Made by a program: the position numbers and the translations under genes
Notes under the pieces: model-generated
What the model saw: only the letters and a program-made list of their open reading frames with translations
What the model was told of the DNA's origin: nothing
The model's database searches: none
NCBI GenBank assembly: GCA_951406725.2
Contig: OX597820.1
Coordinates: forward strand, 13,454,001-13,518,000
Direction of reading: 5' to 3'
Length of the DNA stretch: 64,000 bases
From: Octopus vulgaris
Taxonomy: Eukaryota
In this document: piece after piece, positions 12,925 through 24,696 of the stretch
How positions within the stretch are numbered: position 1 is the first letter of the stretch
Layout of the letters: the number at the start of each line of letters is the position of its first letter

Positions 12925-14692
12925 TTATTTCATATAGTTTGCCACTAGGGCAGTACACAGAGTAGCTGCGGGCTGGACAAAAGACATTAATGAATGATGG
13001 TGATGGACGAAGATGGTGATGGGAGAAGACGAAAGCGACTTCCGCTTCTCTAAGACATTGTTTCTTTTTCAATATTTTCACAAATTCCAAATTTCACAAA
13101 ATTTCAAGTTTTACATATTACAAATTCAAAAATTTTACAAGAAGCAATAAATCTCCTTCTCAATATAACACAAAAACAGGTTCACGTTACCCGGCCGATG
13201 AGCGCTCTTGCCTCATTGAGGCAATCGTTCTTCGTCAGGCCCCATTGAGGCATAACTCGAAAGGAGTCCTCCGGGAAAGAATTCGTGATCCTGCACAGAT
13301 CTTTATTCAGCAGGACCTCCGCAGCCAGCTGCGAAGGCCACTCGGGATCCTCCGTGCAGGACCGAAGTCCCTCCCATTGGCCTCTCTTCCCCATTTTACC
13401 TATTTCATTTTCTAATATTCCTTCTTTGTAGAAGAATACCACAGATTGTTTCTCCGGCCACACAATCGCCGGAGGAGACATGGGAGACGCCGTCTGCGTG
13501 TTACAATCCGCCGGCGTCCCGTTTCTTTTCTTTTTCTTTTTACCTTGGGCCTCGGGAGGTTGAGGCTCCGACGTTGCACACACCGGGTCCTCTTTTTCTC
13601 CCGCAGCTTCCGGGTCTTTTGGTGGGTCACCGTTGCTCCCCACTTATCTTTTTCTTTTTGTTGAGGAAGTCACCGCTTCCTCGCTTTGTTTCTCTCCCTC
13701 CATTGGGGAGGCAGGGAGTGGCTCCAACATCAACTGCTCCAGGATCCTGCTTTGGTTCTTGGGGCAGTTCTTCTTAATATGGCCGGTCTCCAGGCACAGG
13801 TGACACTTGGGGGGGGCGTCCCTCAAGCATCACCGGATACCTGTACCCAGCCATCCTAAAAAAGTCCGGTAAAACCAGACTTTTGGCTGACTGGGTCCAT
13901 AGGGTCAAAACAGCTTTTGACCCATCCCAGTTAGCCGCAGGCTGCACTTTTACGTTCAGTAGCTTGGAACTGCTACCATCCAAACCCCGGCGGATAGTCC
14001 TCTATCCACTCGGGCTCAATGCCTGGTGGTAATCCGCAGATCCAAGCTCTCGGTTTTTCTCCCATATAATTGGGGAGAAACAATATTTCTTCGCCCTCGA
14101 TAGGCTTGCTTGCAAATTCGCAAGCTGCTTTGGGGAAGTCAAATAGCAACCAAACCGTTGCGTATTTAACTCCCCGAGCGATGTATTTAACGGCTGGCAT
14201 GTAGTCTGCCAGTTCGTTTAAAATAGCCTTTGGGAAGACTGCTATGGTGTCGAGCGACTTCGAATATGTCCTCAACACCACGGTCTTCCTTTCCAGCTCT
14301 TTTACATACTTTTTTGGAGGTGCTAGGTCCCACACAATAAGTTCCTTTGCCATAACGTAAAGTTCAAAAACAGTCCTTGGTTATCGTTGGTAATCTCCTC
14401 GAAAGCAAATAATTTTTGAGGAGGGACTACGCCTCCTCAAAAAATACAATTCTCACTGCAAAGTGAGTCTTTACACTCGACCACAGACAGGAATAATGTC
14501 CGGAGCAAAGTGGAGTATATTACTTTCTAAAAAATATTAAATGCAAAGCAATAAACTTCACTAAGCCCCTAAAAAATACAAAACGCCTACCTGTAGTCGA
14601 GTCTCAAAAATTCAACATTTCACGTTGAAACACGTGACAACTGGAGCAGCCAAAAAAACACGTCTGAACACTTCAGAGGTTAGCGAGCTACT
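12925..14692 (-). mobile_element. Unit 8: ORF1-only element, family A, frameshifted
   Basis: MAKELIVWDL at 14353. Pieces run to 13182 and include CHLCLETGHIKKNC and the C-terminal RGQWEGLRSC domain. Confidence 0.85.
14413..14467. promoter_or_regulatory. Conserved double hairpin of the ORF1-only 5' UTRs (example copy)
   Basis: TTTTTGAGGAGG-GACTACG-CCTCCTCAAAAA followed by CTCACT-GCAA-AGTGAG. Homologs occur in more than 10 UTR monomers. Confidence 0.55.
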
Positions 14693-16329
14693 TTATTTCA
14701 TATGATTTGCCACTAGGGCAGTACAAAGAGTAGCTGCGGGCTGGACAAAAAACATTAATGAATGATGGTGATGGATGAAGATGGTGATGGGAGAAGACGA
14801 AAGCGCCCGCCGACTTTCGCTTCTCTAAGACATTGTTCAAAATTTGACAAAAATTCAATAATTTACAAATTTTAAAAGAGGCAATAAACCTCTTTTTCAG
14901 TATGATACGAAATGTTCAATAGGCCTATGTAACCCGGCCGACCATCGCTCTTGCCTCACCGAGGCAATAATCGCCTTGGGCCACGGGAGGTTGAGGTTCC
15001 GGACTTGCACACACCGGGTTCTCTTCTCCCGCAGTTTCCAGGTCTTTTGGTGGGTCGCCATTGCTCCCCACCTTTCTTTTTCTTTTGGAGGAAGTCTTTG
15101 CTTCTTCATTCTGTTTCTCTCCCTCCATTGGGGAGGCAGGGAGAGGCTCCGATATCAACTGCTCCAGGATCCTACTCTGGTCCCTGGGGCAGTTCTTCTT
15201 AATGTGGCCGGTTTCCAGACACAGGTGACAGTTGGGGGGCGTCCCTCAAGCAACACCGGATACCTGTACCCGGCCATCCTCAGAAAGTCCGGCAAAACCA
15301 GACTTTTGGCTGATAGGGTCAAATTGGCCTTTGGCCCCTCCCAATCAGCCGCAGGCTGTATTCTAACATTTATGATCTTAGTGCTACTATCACCCAGACC
15401 CCGGCGGATAGTCTTCTATCCACTCGGGTTCAATGCCGGGTGGCAGGCCGCAGATCCATAATCTTATTAATTTTTCTCCCTTGTAACTAGGGAGAAACAA
15501 AATCTCTTTGCCCTCAATGGGCTTGCTTGCGAAATCGCAAGCTGCTTTGGGGGAGTCAAACAGCAACCAAACCGTTGCGTATTTGGCTCCCCGTGCAATG
15601 TATTTCCCGGCTGGCATGTAGTCTGCCAGCTCATCAATAATTGTTGCCTTCGGAAAGACAGCGATGGTGCTGAGCGACTTTGAATAACAATTAGTTATTT
15701 TGCCATTTTTAACAAAATGCAATACCAGTTAAAAAACAAAATGCAATACCAGTTAAAAAACAAATGCGACAGGAAGTAAGAGAAAACAAAATGAAAGCGA
15801 AGAATTACAGTAAAAATACAGTTCAGAGAGTTCAAATAAAAGATAGCTAGAAGGAAGAGAGTTCAAATTGGCAAAGAATTAATATTTTTTTTGGCCGAAA
15901 AGGTAGTCCTGGCCAAGCGTCAACAGCAATCCCTGGTTATTCTTGGTGCCTCCTAGTAATTCCAAAAAACGGTCCTCGAATATCACTGGTGCCTCCTGGT
16001 ATATCCAATTGAATCAATATTTTTAAAGAGGGGCTACGCCTCCTCAAAAAACACAATTCTCACTAAAATGTGAGACTTTAAACTCGACAACAGGCAGAAA
16101 GATTATATCTGGAGCAAAGTGGAGTGTATTACCCGCTAAAAAAATATTAAATGCTAAATAACATTAACTGCTAAATAACATAAGCAAGCAATAAACCTCA
16201 CTAAGCCCCTAAAAATATAAAACGTCCTACCTGTCGTCGTCAAAAAGTTCAATATTTCACGTGGCAACACGTGACATTCGGAGCAGCAATGAAAACACGT
16301 CCGACCAAGTCAGAGGTTAGCGAGCTACT
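14693..16329 (-). mobile_element. Unit 9: ORF1-only element, family A, internally deleted
   Basis: ORFs 15390-15722 and 14925-15158. Most of the C-terminal domain is deleted relative to unit 10. Confidence 0.8.
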
Positions 16330-18369
16330 TTATTTCAAAAATGTTTGCCACTAGGGCAGCACACAGAGTAGCTACGGGCTGGACAAGGACATTAATGAAT
16401 GATGATGGAGGAAGATGGTGATGGAAGACAAATGCGCCCGCCGACTTTCGCTTCTCTAAAACATTGTTCAAAATTAACATTTAGTACAACAATTTACAAA
16501 TTTTAGAGGAGGCAATGAACCTCCTCTTCAACATGTTACAGAAAATGTTCAAAAAGCCTATGTAACCCGGCCGACCATCGCTCTTGCCTCATCGAGGCAA
16601 TAATCGCTGGTCAGGTCGGGGTCCATAGGTATAATCTTGTACGAGTCCACCGGGAAGGAACCCACGATCCTGCCTAGATTACCCCTTTCTACGACCTCCG
16701 CAGTCAACTGCGAAGGCCACTTGGGGTCCTCCGTACAAGACCGGAGTCCCTCCCAATGTCCTCTTTTTCTGATGTGTACGGTGTTCTCCACCGTTTCTCC
16801 TTTAAAAAAGAGGAGCACACAGTCTTCTACAAATTGTCCCTCAGGCGGCACACCCGCCTGAGAGGACCCGGGATACTCGGGAAACGCCGTCTGCGTGTTA
16901 CACTCCGCCGGCGGCGTTCCGTTTCTCCTTTCTTTTTTTTTTGGCCTTGGGCCACGGGAGGTTGAGGTTCCGGAGCTGCACGCACCGGGTTCTCCTCTCC
17001 CGCAGCTTTTAGGTACTTTGGTGGGTCGCCATTGCTCCCCACCTTTCTCTTTCTTTTGGTGGAGGTTTTTTCCCCCTCCTCATTTTGTTTCTCTCCCTCC
17101 ATTGAGGAGGCAGGGAGAGGCTCCGATATCAGCCGCTCCAGGATCCTACTCTGGTCCCTGGGGCAGTTCTTTCTGATGTGGCCAGTCTCCAAACACAGGT
17201 GACACTTGGGGGGCGTCCCTCAAGCATCACCGGATACTTGGACCCGGCCATTCTCAAAAAGTCCGGCAAAACCAGACTCTTGGCTGACTGGGTCCATAGG
17301 GTCAAAGTAGCCTTTGACCCCTCCCAATCAGCCGCAGGTTGTATCCTAACATTTAGGATGTTTGCGTTACTACCACCCAGACCCCGGCGGATAGTCTTCT
17401 ATCCACTCGGGTTCAATGCCGGGTGGCAGGCCACAGACCCATAGTCTTGTTAATTTTTCTCCCTTGTAACTCGGGAGAAACAAGATCTCTTTGCCCTCAA
17501 TGGGCTTGCTTGCGAAATCGCAAGCAGCTTTTGGGGAGCCAAACTGTTGCGTATTTGGCCCCCCGTGTAATGTATTTCACGGCTGGCATATAATCTGCCA
17601 GCTCGTCAATTATTTTTGCCTTCGGAAAGACCGTGATGGTGTTGAGCGACTTTGAATAAGTCCTCAGTACCACGGTCTTGTCCTCCAGCTGTTTTACATA
17701 CTTTTTGGGAGTTTCCAGCTCCCACACAATAAGTTCTTTGCCATTTTTAAAACCAAATGCAAAAACAGTTCAAATAGGAGCAAACAAAAGTGACAGAAAG
17801 TAGGAAGAGAAAACAAAACGGAAACGAAGAATTACGGTAAAATTACAGTTCAGAGTTCAAATAAAGGATAGCTAGAAGAAAGAGAGTTCAAATATGGCAA
17901 AGAATTATTTTTTTTTTTTGGCCGAAAAGGTAGTCCAGGCCAAGCGTCAACGGCAATCCTTGGTTATTCTGGTACTTGCAAAAACAGTCCACGAATGTCC
18001 CTGGTGCCTCCTGGTAATCCAAAAGTGATTCAATAGGTAATCCAAAAGTGAATCAAAATATTTTTGAGGGGCTACGCCTCCTCAAAAAACACAATACTCA
18101 CTAAAAAGTGAGACTTTAAATTCGACAACAGGCAGAAAGAATATATCTGGAGCAAAGTGGAGTTTATTACCCGCAAAAAAAATATTAATGCTAAATAACA
18201 TTAACTGCTAAATAACATTAAAAGCAAGCAATATACCTCACTAAGCCCCTAAAAATATAAAACGTCCTACCTGTCGTCGTCAAAAAGTTCAATATTTCAC
18301 GTGGCAACACGTGACATTCGAAGCATCAATGAAAACACGTCCGACCAAGTCGATGGTTAGCGAGCTACT
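16330..18369 (-). mobile_element. Unit 10: ORF1-only element, family A
   Basis: ATG at 17744. ORFs 17497-17727, 16827-17192 and 16558-16851. Confidence 0.85.
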
Positions 18370-19842
18370 TTATTTCAATTATTTTGCCATAAAGGCATTA
18401 CACAGAGGGGACACTACAAAAACATGTGGAGACATATAACAATTAAGAATATGTAAAAATAAAATGATACTGTGAGTGACATGAAAACGAACGTGATAAA
18501 ATAAATTAAGTTTATGATAACATGCATGATATCTGAAAATGAAATATGAAGAGTGTGCTACTCACCCCACTCTGAGCAACACCACTCGCTGCCTTTGAGT
18601 CTGAATTCTTCTCTAATCTCTGGTCTAGTCCTTCTTTTTCCACTCTCACTATCGCTTAATAACATTCTTTCGCAACCTTTTTCACCGGGGGAGGGGTTTT
18701 CTAAATTCTGTGGTGTCTGCTCTTTTTTCTTTTTCTTTTTTTCTTGTGGGGAAAGGGAGTGGGTGGGTCTGGTGTCTGAGTGGTCTTGGGTGGGATGGAG
18801 TTGGACTGGGGTACCATTTCACACCGTGTTCTTTCTTTTCCTCTTCTTACTTCTACTCTCTGCTACTATCCATTCTTCCTCCTTTCGTCCGTCTTTCTTT
18901 TCATCCTCTTTTTTCTCCTTCGTCTCCGCAACTGCTTCATCTATTTTTTCCTCTATCTTTTTCTTCTGTAGGGGGCAGTGTGCTCTAATGTGGCCTTTTT
19001 GGCCACATTTAAAGCACCGCGGGGTTCTGCCTTCTACCCATACTCTCAATACTATTTCTCCCATCGTCACCGTTTCCGCCAAATTTTCCAGCTCCTTCGC
19101 CTCCGCTTGTATGATCATTTCCAGTAATTTTCCTTTGTAGCTTCCTTCCTCTGTCTCTGTGGCTTGGAGGACAGTCACCTCCTCACTTCCAACGAGGACG
19201 GCTGCCGAAACCCAAGCCACTTTTATGTCAGGTGGAATTCCTTCTACCCTCACCTTAGAATTCTTTCTTCCAAGATAAGAGGGTAGAAGTACTAGTTCCT
19301 CAGTTTTTACGGTTGTACTTGCCAGCTTCTTTGCCTCCTCTTCTGTTTTAAACTGGACAACAACCGTCCCATATCCGCTTCCTTTTGCTATATATGTTAC
19401 TTCCTTCGAAAGCCCCTTGAGAGCTTTTTTTACTTTTTCCATCTTCATCTGCTCCACCTTCCTACTCTCCACTGAGTGCACTTTGTAGGTAATTGTTTTC
19501 TTTTCCATATTTGCCATAACCGTTTTCGGGGGTAATAACTTTACGTCACTTCCCACCTTCTGTGTCATCTTATACAGCTCCTTCAGTTCTGTTAGGTCTA
19601 CTTCCTTTTTCTTTACCTCTGCCGCATCAGTAAAACTTTTTGTTCTTTCCAAATGTTCGTCCATTCTGTTTACCGCCTTAACGAGCTCCTCCTCTGATGT
19701 GGATAGTTCGTACTCGCTAAGGTCTGAATACATTCTTTTCCACTCGCCAACAAACCGCTGGCGAGCAGCTCAAAGGATTCTGTCCGCCTAGTCAAAACTC
19801 AACACAGCAAATAACTCGACGCATGCGCGTTAGCGAGCTACT
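18370..19842 (-). mobile_element. Unit 11: ORF1-only element, family C, with intact ORF
   Basis: About 1.47 kb between two junction motifs, with a short 5' UTR, a single 304-aa ORF, a 3' stem-loop and AATAAA. Confidence 0.88.
18819..19733 (-). CDS. Tx1-type ORF1 protein (RRM-like + CCHC zinc knuckle), 304 aa
   Basis: Uninterrupted ATG-to-stop ORF: IAKGSGYGTVVVQFKTEEEA, SKVRVEGIPPDI, VEGRTPRCFKCGQKGHIRAHC. Confidence 0.85.
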   Translation of the reverse strand: MYSDLSEYELSTSEEELVKAVNRMDEHLERTKSFTDAAEVKKKEVDLTELKELYKMTQKVGSDVKLLPPKTVMANMEKKTITYKVHSVESRKVEQMKMEKVKKALKGLSKEVTYIAKGSGYGTVVVQFKTEEEAKKLASTTVKTEELVLLPSYLGRKNSKVRVEGIPPDIKVAWVSAAVLVGSEEVTVLQATETEEGSYKGKLLEMIIQAEAKELENLAETVTMGEIVLRVWVEGRTPRCFKCGQKGHIRAHCPLQKKKIEEKIDEAVAETKEKKEDEKKDGRKEEEWIVAESRSKKRKRKNTV

Positions 19843-21964
19843 TTATTTCAACAATTTTGCCACTAGGGCTGGACAAAGACATTAGTGGATGAAGATGGTG
19901 ATGGGAGAAGTCAAAAAGCGCCCGCCGACTCCCGCTTCTCTAAGACATTGTTCTTTTTTTTTTTCAATAAGTTCAATTTTCTTTTTTTCCTTAGTTTCAA
20001 TAAATCGACATGAGGTTGCAAACCTCTTACACGAAGGAGGCACTAAAACCTCTTACAAAAGTCTTTTTTTCATTTCTTTTGCTACAAGGGCAGTGTATGA
20101 ATTCACAAAAATTCTCCCTGTCAGGTCCCCGAAGCAAATTGTCTTGCCGCCTGCAGACAACTCTGCGACGACAAGTCGAGGCCTGCAAAGAGAAAAGTAA
20201 AATGTTTCCTCTCAAAGGTTTTTGTGACCCTTGACAAAATGTTTTCCGTTACTACCTCCGCAGCTACCCGCGGAGGCCATAACGGACCCCTTGAGCTGAC
20301 CGTGTCCTTGCGTTCTCGGTCACCCAAGCCATCCAAAAACTTTTCCACCTTCCCTCCCTTGTGGTAAAGGAGGAGAAACAACTCCTCTTCACAGGAAGGA
20401 CCTCACACTGATCCGTCAGTGGCACACTTTCCACTGACGGAGCACTGTCCGCGGGTGGCGCACGTCCCACCTGCGGCTCCGTCGGCGACACAGAAACGTC
20501 AGCCGCCCGACCTCTCTTTCTTTTTCTCCTCCTTCTTTTGGGGGAGACTGCTGACCCAGGGGACTCCGTCACCAGACACGGGGGATTGCTATCCCCCTCC
20601 GCCACCTGAGCGTTCTTTGGCGAGCAACCATTGTTGCTCGCCTGTCTCTTTCTTTTCGTGGAGGCAACCTCCTCCACGACTTCCACCGTCTCCCCCTCCA
20701 ATGAGGGGGCGGCGGGCGCCTTTTCCCCTTCATGCTCCGGGGCACCACCACGGCCCCCGGGACAATTCCTCTTGATATGTCCGGGCTTCAGGCACAGGTG
20801 ACACTTGGGAGGGGGCGTCCCTCGAGTATCACCGGGTACCTGTGCCCAGCCATTCTCAGGAAGTCCGGGAATTTCATTTCTCCCACGGCCACCGGTGTCC
20901 ACAGGGTTTAAGTTGCCTTTGACCCCTCTTAGGCGACCGCGTGAGCCATTTTCACACTCAGTAGCCTGGGTCCGCTATCCCCCAGGCCTCGCCGGATGGT
21001 CTTCTCGATCCATTCCGCCTCCGTGCCCGGGGGCAGCCCACAAACCCAGGCTCTTTTTACTTTTCTGCCACAATACGAGGGGAGGAACAAAATTTCCTCT
21101 CCCTCCAGTGGCTCACTCGCAAATCTGCTAGCTTCCTCGGGGGTACCAAACAGCAACCACACCGTTGCAAATTTAGTCCCCCGAGAAATAAACTTTATCG
21201 TTGGTAGGTGGTCCCCCAACTCTTTCTCTATGGTGCTCCTGTCGAAGAGGGCGATAGCTCCACGCGACCTAGAATAGGTTCGTAGGACCACCGTCCTCTT
21301 CTCAAGACTTTCAATCCACTGCTTGGGTGGGACAACCTCCCATTCCAAAGCAGTGGTTTCTTTTGTTGCCATGATTTTGAAAAAAAGTTCAACTAAAAGT
21401 TCAAAGTCCAATAAGAAAAAACACAATGACAGAACAGAAAGACAGAGCAGAGAAAAGGACGAAGGAAGACAGTTCAAATAATGGCAACACAGTTCTGCAA
21501 CTGGTAATCCTCACGAAACAGGGTACTCCAGTTGCAGCACACTTGGTTCTCCGTGGTAAATCCAAGCACAATTGGTTCTCCCTGGTAAATCCAAGCACAA
21601 TTGGTTCTCCCTGGTAAATCCAAGCACAATTGGTTCTCCGTGGTAAATCCAAGCGAACAAATTAATTTTTGAGGGGCTATGCCTCTCAAAACACACAATT
21701 CTCACTAAAAGGTGAGACAATAAATATGCCAACAGGCAGAACAAATACATCCGAAGCAAAGTGAAGCTTATTACGCGCAGAAAAGTGTTAACACTAATTA
21801 ACATTAATGCCAAAAAAGTATTAACGGCAAGCAATAAACCTCACTATGCTTCCAAAAATATCCAAAATGTCCTACCTGTTGCCGTAAAATGTTCAATATT
21901 TCACGTTAACACGTGACATTTGCCGGAGCGAAGAAAAAACGCGTCTGTCTGGTAAGAAGCTACT
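19843..21964 (-). mobile_element. Unit 12: ORF1-only element, family B
   Basis: MATKETTALEW at 21372. ORFs 20929-21477, 20264-20902 (CHLCLKPGHIKRNC) and 20121-20381. Confidence 0.85.
21543..21654. repeat. 29-bp tandem repeat, about 4 copies, in the unit 12 5' UTR
   Basis: TTGGTTCTCC(G/C)TGGTAAATCCAAGCACAA starting at 21543, 21572, 21601 and 21630 (last copy partial). Confidence 0.9.
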
Positions 21965-24440
21965 TTATTTCAACAATATTGCCACTAGGGCAGTACACAG
22001 AGTAGCTACGGGCTGGACAAAGACATTAATGGATGATGGTGGTTGTGGATGAAGATGGTGATGGGAGAAGTCAAAAAGCGCCCGCCGACTTCCGCTTCTC
22101 TAAGACATTGTTCTTTTTTTTCAATAAGTTCAATTTTCTTTTTTTCCTTAGTTTCAATAAATCGACATGAGGTTGCAAACCTCTTACACGAAGGAGGCAC
22201 TAAAACCTCTTACAAAGTTCTTTTTTTCATTTCTCTTGCCACAAGGGCAGTGTATGAATTCACAAAAATTCTCCCTGTCAGGTCCCCGAAGCAAATTGTC
22301 TTGCCGCCTGCAGACAACTCTGCGACGACAAGTCGAGGCCTGCAAAGAGAAAAGTAAAATGTTTCCTCTCAAAGGTCTTTGTGACCCTTGACAAAATGTT
22401 TTCCGTTACTACCACCGCAGCTACCCGCGGAGGCCATAACGGACTCCTTGAGCTGACCGTGTCCTTGCGTTCTCGGTCACCCAAGCCATCCAAAAACTTT
22501 TCCACCTTCCCTCCCTTGTGGTAAAGGAGGAGAAACGACTCCTCTTCACAGGAAGGGACCTCACACTGATCCGTCAGTGGCACACTTTCCACTGACGGAG
22601 CACTGTCCGCGGGTGGCACACGTCCCACCCGCGGCTCCGTCGGCGACACAGAAACGTCAGCCGTCCGACCTCTTTTTCTTTTTTTTTTCCTCTTTTTTTT
22701 AGAGGCTGCTAGCCCGGGGGCTCCTTCGGCAGACACGGGGGGTCGCTATCCTCCTCCTCCGTCTGTACGTTCTTTGGCGAGCAACCATTGTTGCTCACCT
22801 GTCTTTTCTTTTCGTGGAGGCAACCTCCTCCACGACTTCCACCGTCTCCCCCTCCAATGAGGAGGCAGCGGGCACCTTTTCCTTTTCATGCTCCGGGGCC
22901 GCACCACGGCCACCGGGACACTTACTCTTGATATGTCCAGGCTCAAGGCACAGGTGACACTTGGGGGGGCGTCCCTCAAGCATCACCGGATGCCTGGACC
23001 CGGCCATTCTCAAAAAGTCCGGCAAAACCAGACTCTTGGCTGACTGGGTCCACAGGGTTAAGGTAGCCTTAGAACCCTCCCAATCAGCCGCAGGCTGTAT
23101 ATTAACATTTAGGATGTTTGCGTCCCTGTCACCCAGACCCTGGCGGATAGTCTTCTATCCACTCGGGTTCAATGCCGGGTGGCAGGCCGTAGACCCATAG
23201 TCTTGTCAATTTTTCTCCCTTTTTAATTAGGGAGAAACAAAATTTCTTTGCCCTCAATGGGCTTGCTTGCAAAATCGCAAGCATCTTTTGGGGAGTCAAA
23301 CAGCAACCAAACCGTTGCGTATTTGGCTCCCCGCGTGATATATTTCACGGCTGGCATGTGGTCTGCCAGCTCTTCAATAATTTTCGCCTTCGGAAAAACC
23401 ATGATAGCGTTGAGCGACCTTGAATAAGTCCTCAGTACCACGGTCTTATCCTCGAGCTGTTTGACATATTTTTTGAGAGCTTCCAGCTCCCAAACAATCA
23501 GTTCCTTTGCCATTTTTAACAAAAAATATTAATACAGTTTGAATAGAAAAACACAAAAGTGACAGAAAGAGGGAAGTAAAAACAAAAATGGAAACGAGAG
23601 TTACAATAAAAACAGTTCGGAGTTCAAATGAAGGATAGCTAGAGGAAGAAGTTCAAATGTGGCAAAGAATTATTTTTTTTTTTTGGCCGAAAAGGTAGTC
23701 CAGGCCAAACGTCACGGCAGTCCTTGGTAATTCTGGTACTTGCAAAAACAATCCACGAATGTCCTTGGTGCCTCCTGGTAATCCAAAGGTGCAGTATTCC
23801 ACGTGTGGTAATCCAAAGCGAAATTGGTGCTCCAATGAATCGAAATATTTTTGATGTGGGCTACGCCTCTTCAAAAAACACACTTCTCACTAAAACGTGA
23901 GATTTTAAATACAACAGGCAGAAAAAATATGTCCGAAGCAAGGCGAAGTCTATTATCCGCAAAAAATTATTAACGCTAATTAACGTTGACGTCAAAAAGT
24001 ATTAATGGCAGGCAATAAACCTCGTCAAGCTTCTAAAAATATTCAAAACAGTCCTACCTGTTGTGCCAAACAGTTCAATATTCCACGTGTGGTAGTCCAA
24101 GTGTGAAAATTGGTACTCTAATGAGTCAAAAATATTTCTGAGGAGGGGCTACGCCTTCCTCAAAAAAACACAATTTCTCACTAAAGGGTGAGACTCTTAA
24201 ATACGCCAACAGGTAGAAAAATATATTCGAAGTAAAGTGAAGCATATTACCCGCAAAAATTATTAACACTAAATAACGTAGTTAATGCTAAAAAGTATTA
24301 ACGACAGGCAATAAACCTCACTAGGCTTCCATCAATATTCGAACGTTCCACCCGTTGACGTAAATGTTCAATAATTTACGTTAAAACGTGACATTTGCCG
24401 GAGCGAAAAAATAACGCGTCCGTTCGGTGAGAAAGCTACT
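21965..24440 (-). mobile_element. Unit 13: chimeric ORF1-only element (family A N-half, family B C-half)
   Basis: MAKELIVWEL at 23513. After CHLCLEPGHI the sequence switches to family B (CPGGRGAAPEHE). The 5' UTR has a duplicated monomer of about 280 bp. Confidence 0.82.
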
Positions 24441-24696
24441 TATATTTCTTTATTACCCACAAGGGGCCAACTAAGAATGGGACAATACATCATGATTTGG
24501 GGTCATGAGATACAAATGATATTTACACAAAAATGAACTTTAAAAACATTTTTACACAAAATCGGAAAAATCGAATGATACACAATGTTTTTAACAACAG
24601 CACGACATAAAAGGAACACATGAAGTGGGAACACCAGGATTGCCGACCCCACGAGCCCTGTTTTTCCCACCGAAACTCGGCAGCCAACTTACATGT

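Noticed and set aside
12985-13055. Hammerhead or HDV-like ribozyme in the UTRs
   Set aside because: Hairpins are present, but I could not find the CUGANGA/GAAA core or an HDV nested pseudoknot by eye. An Infernal search would be needed.
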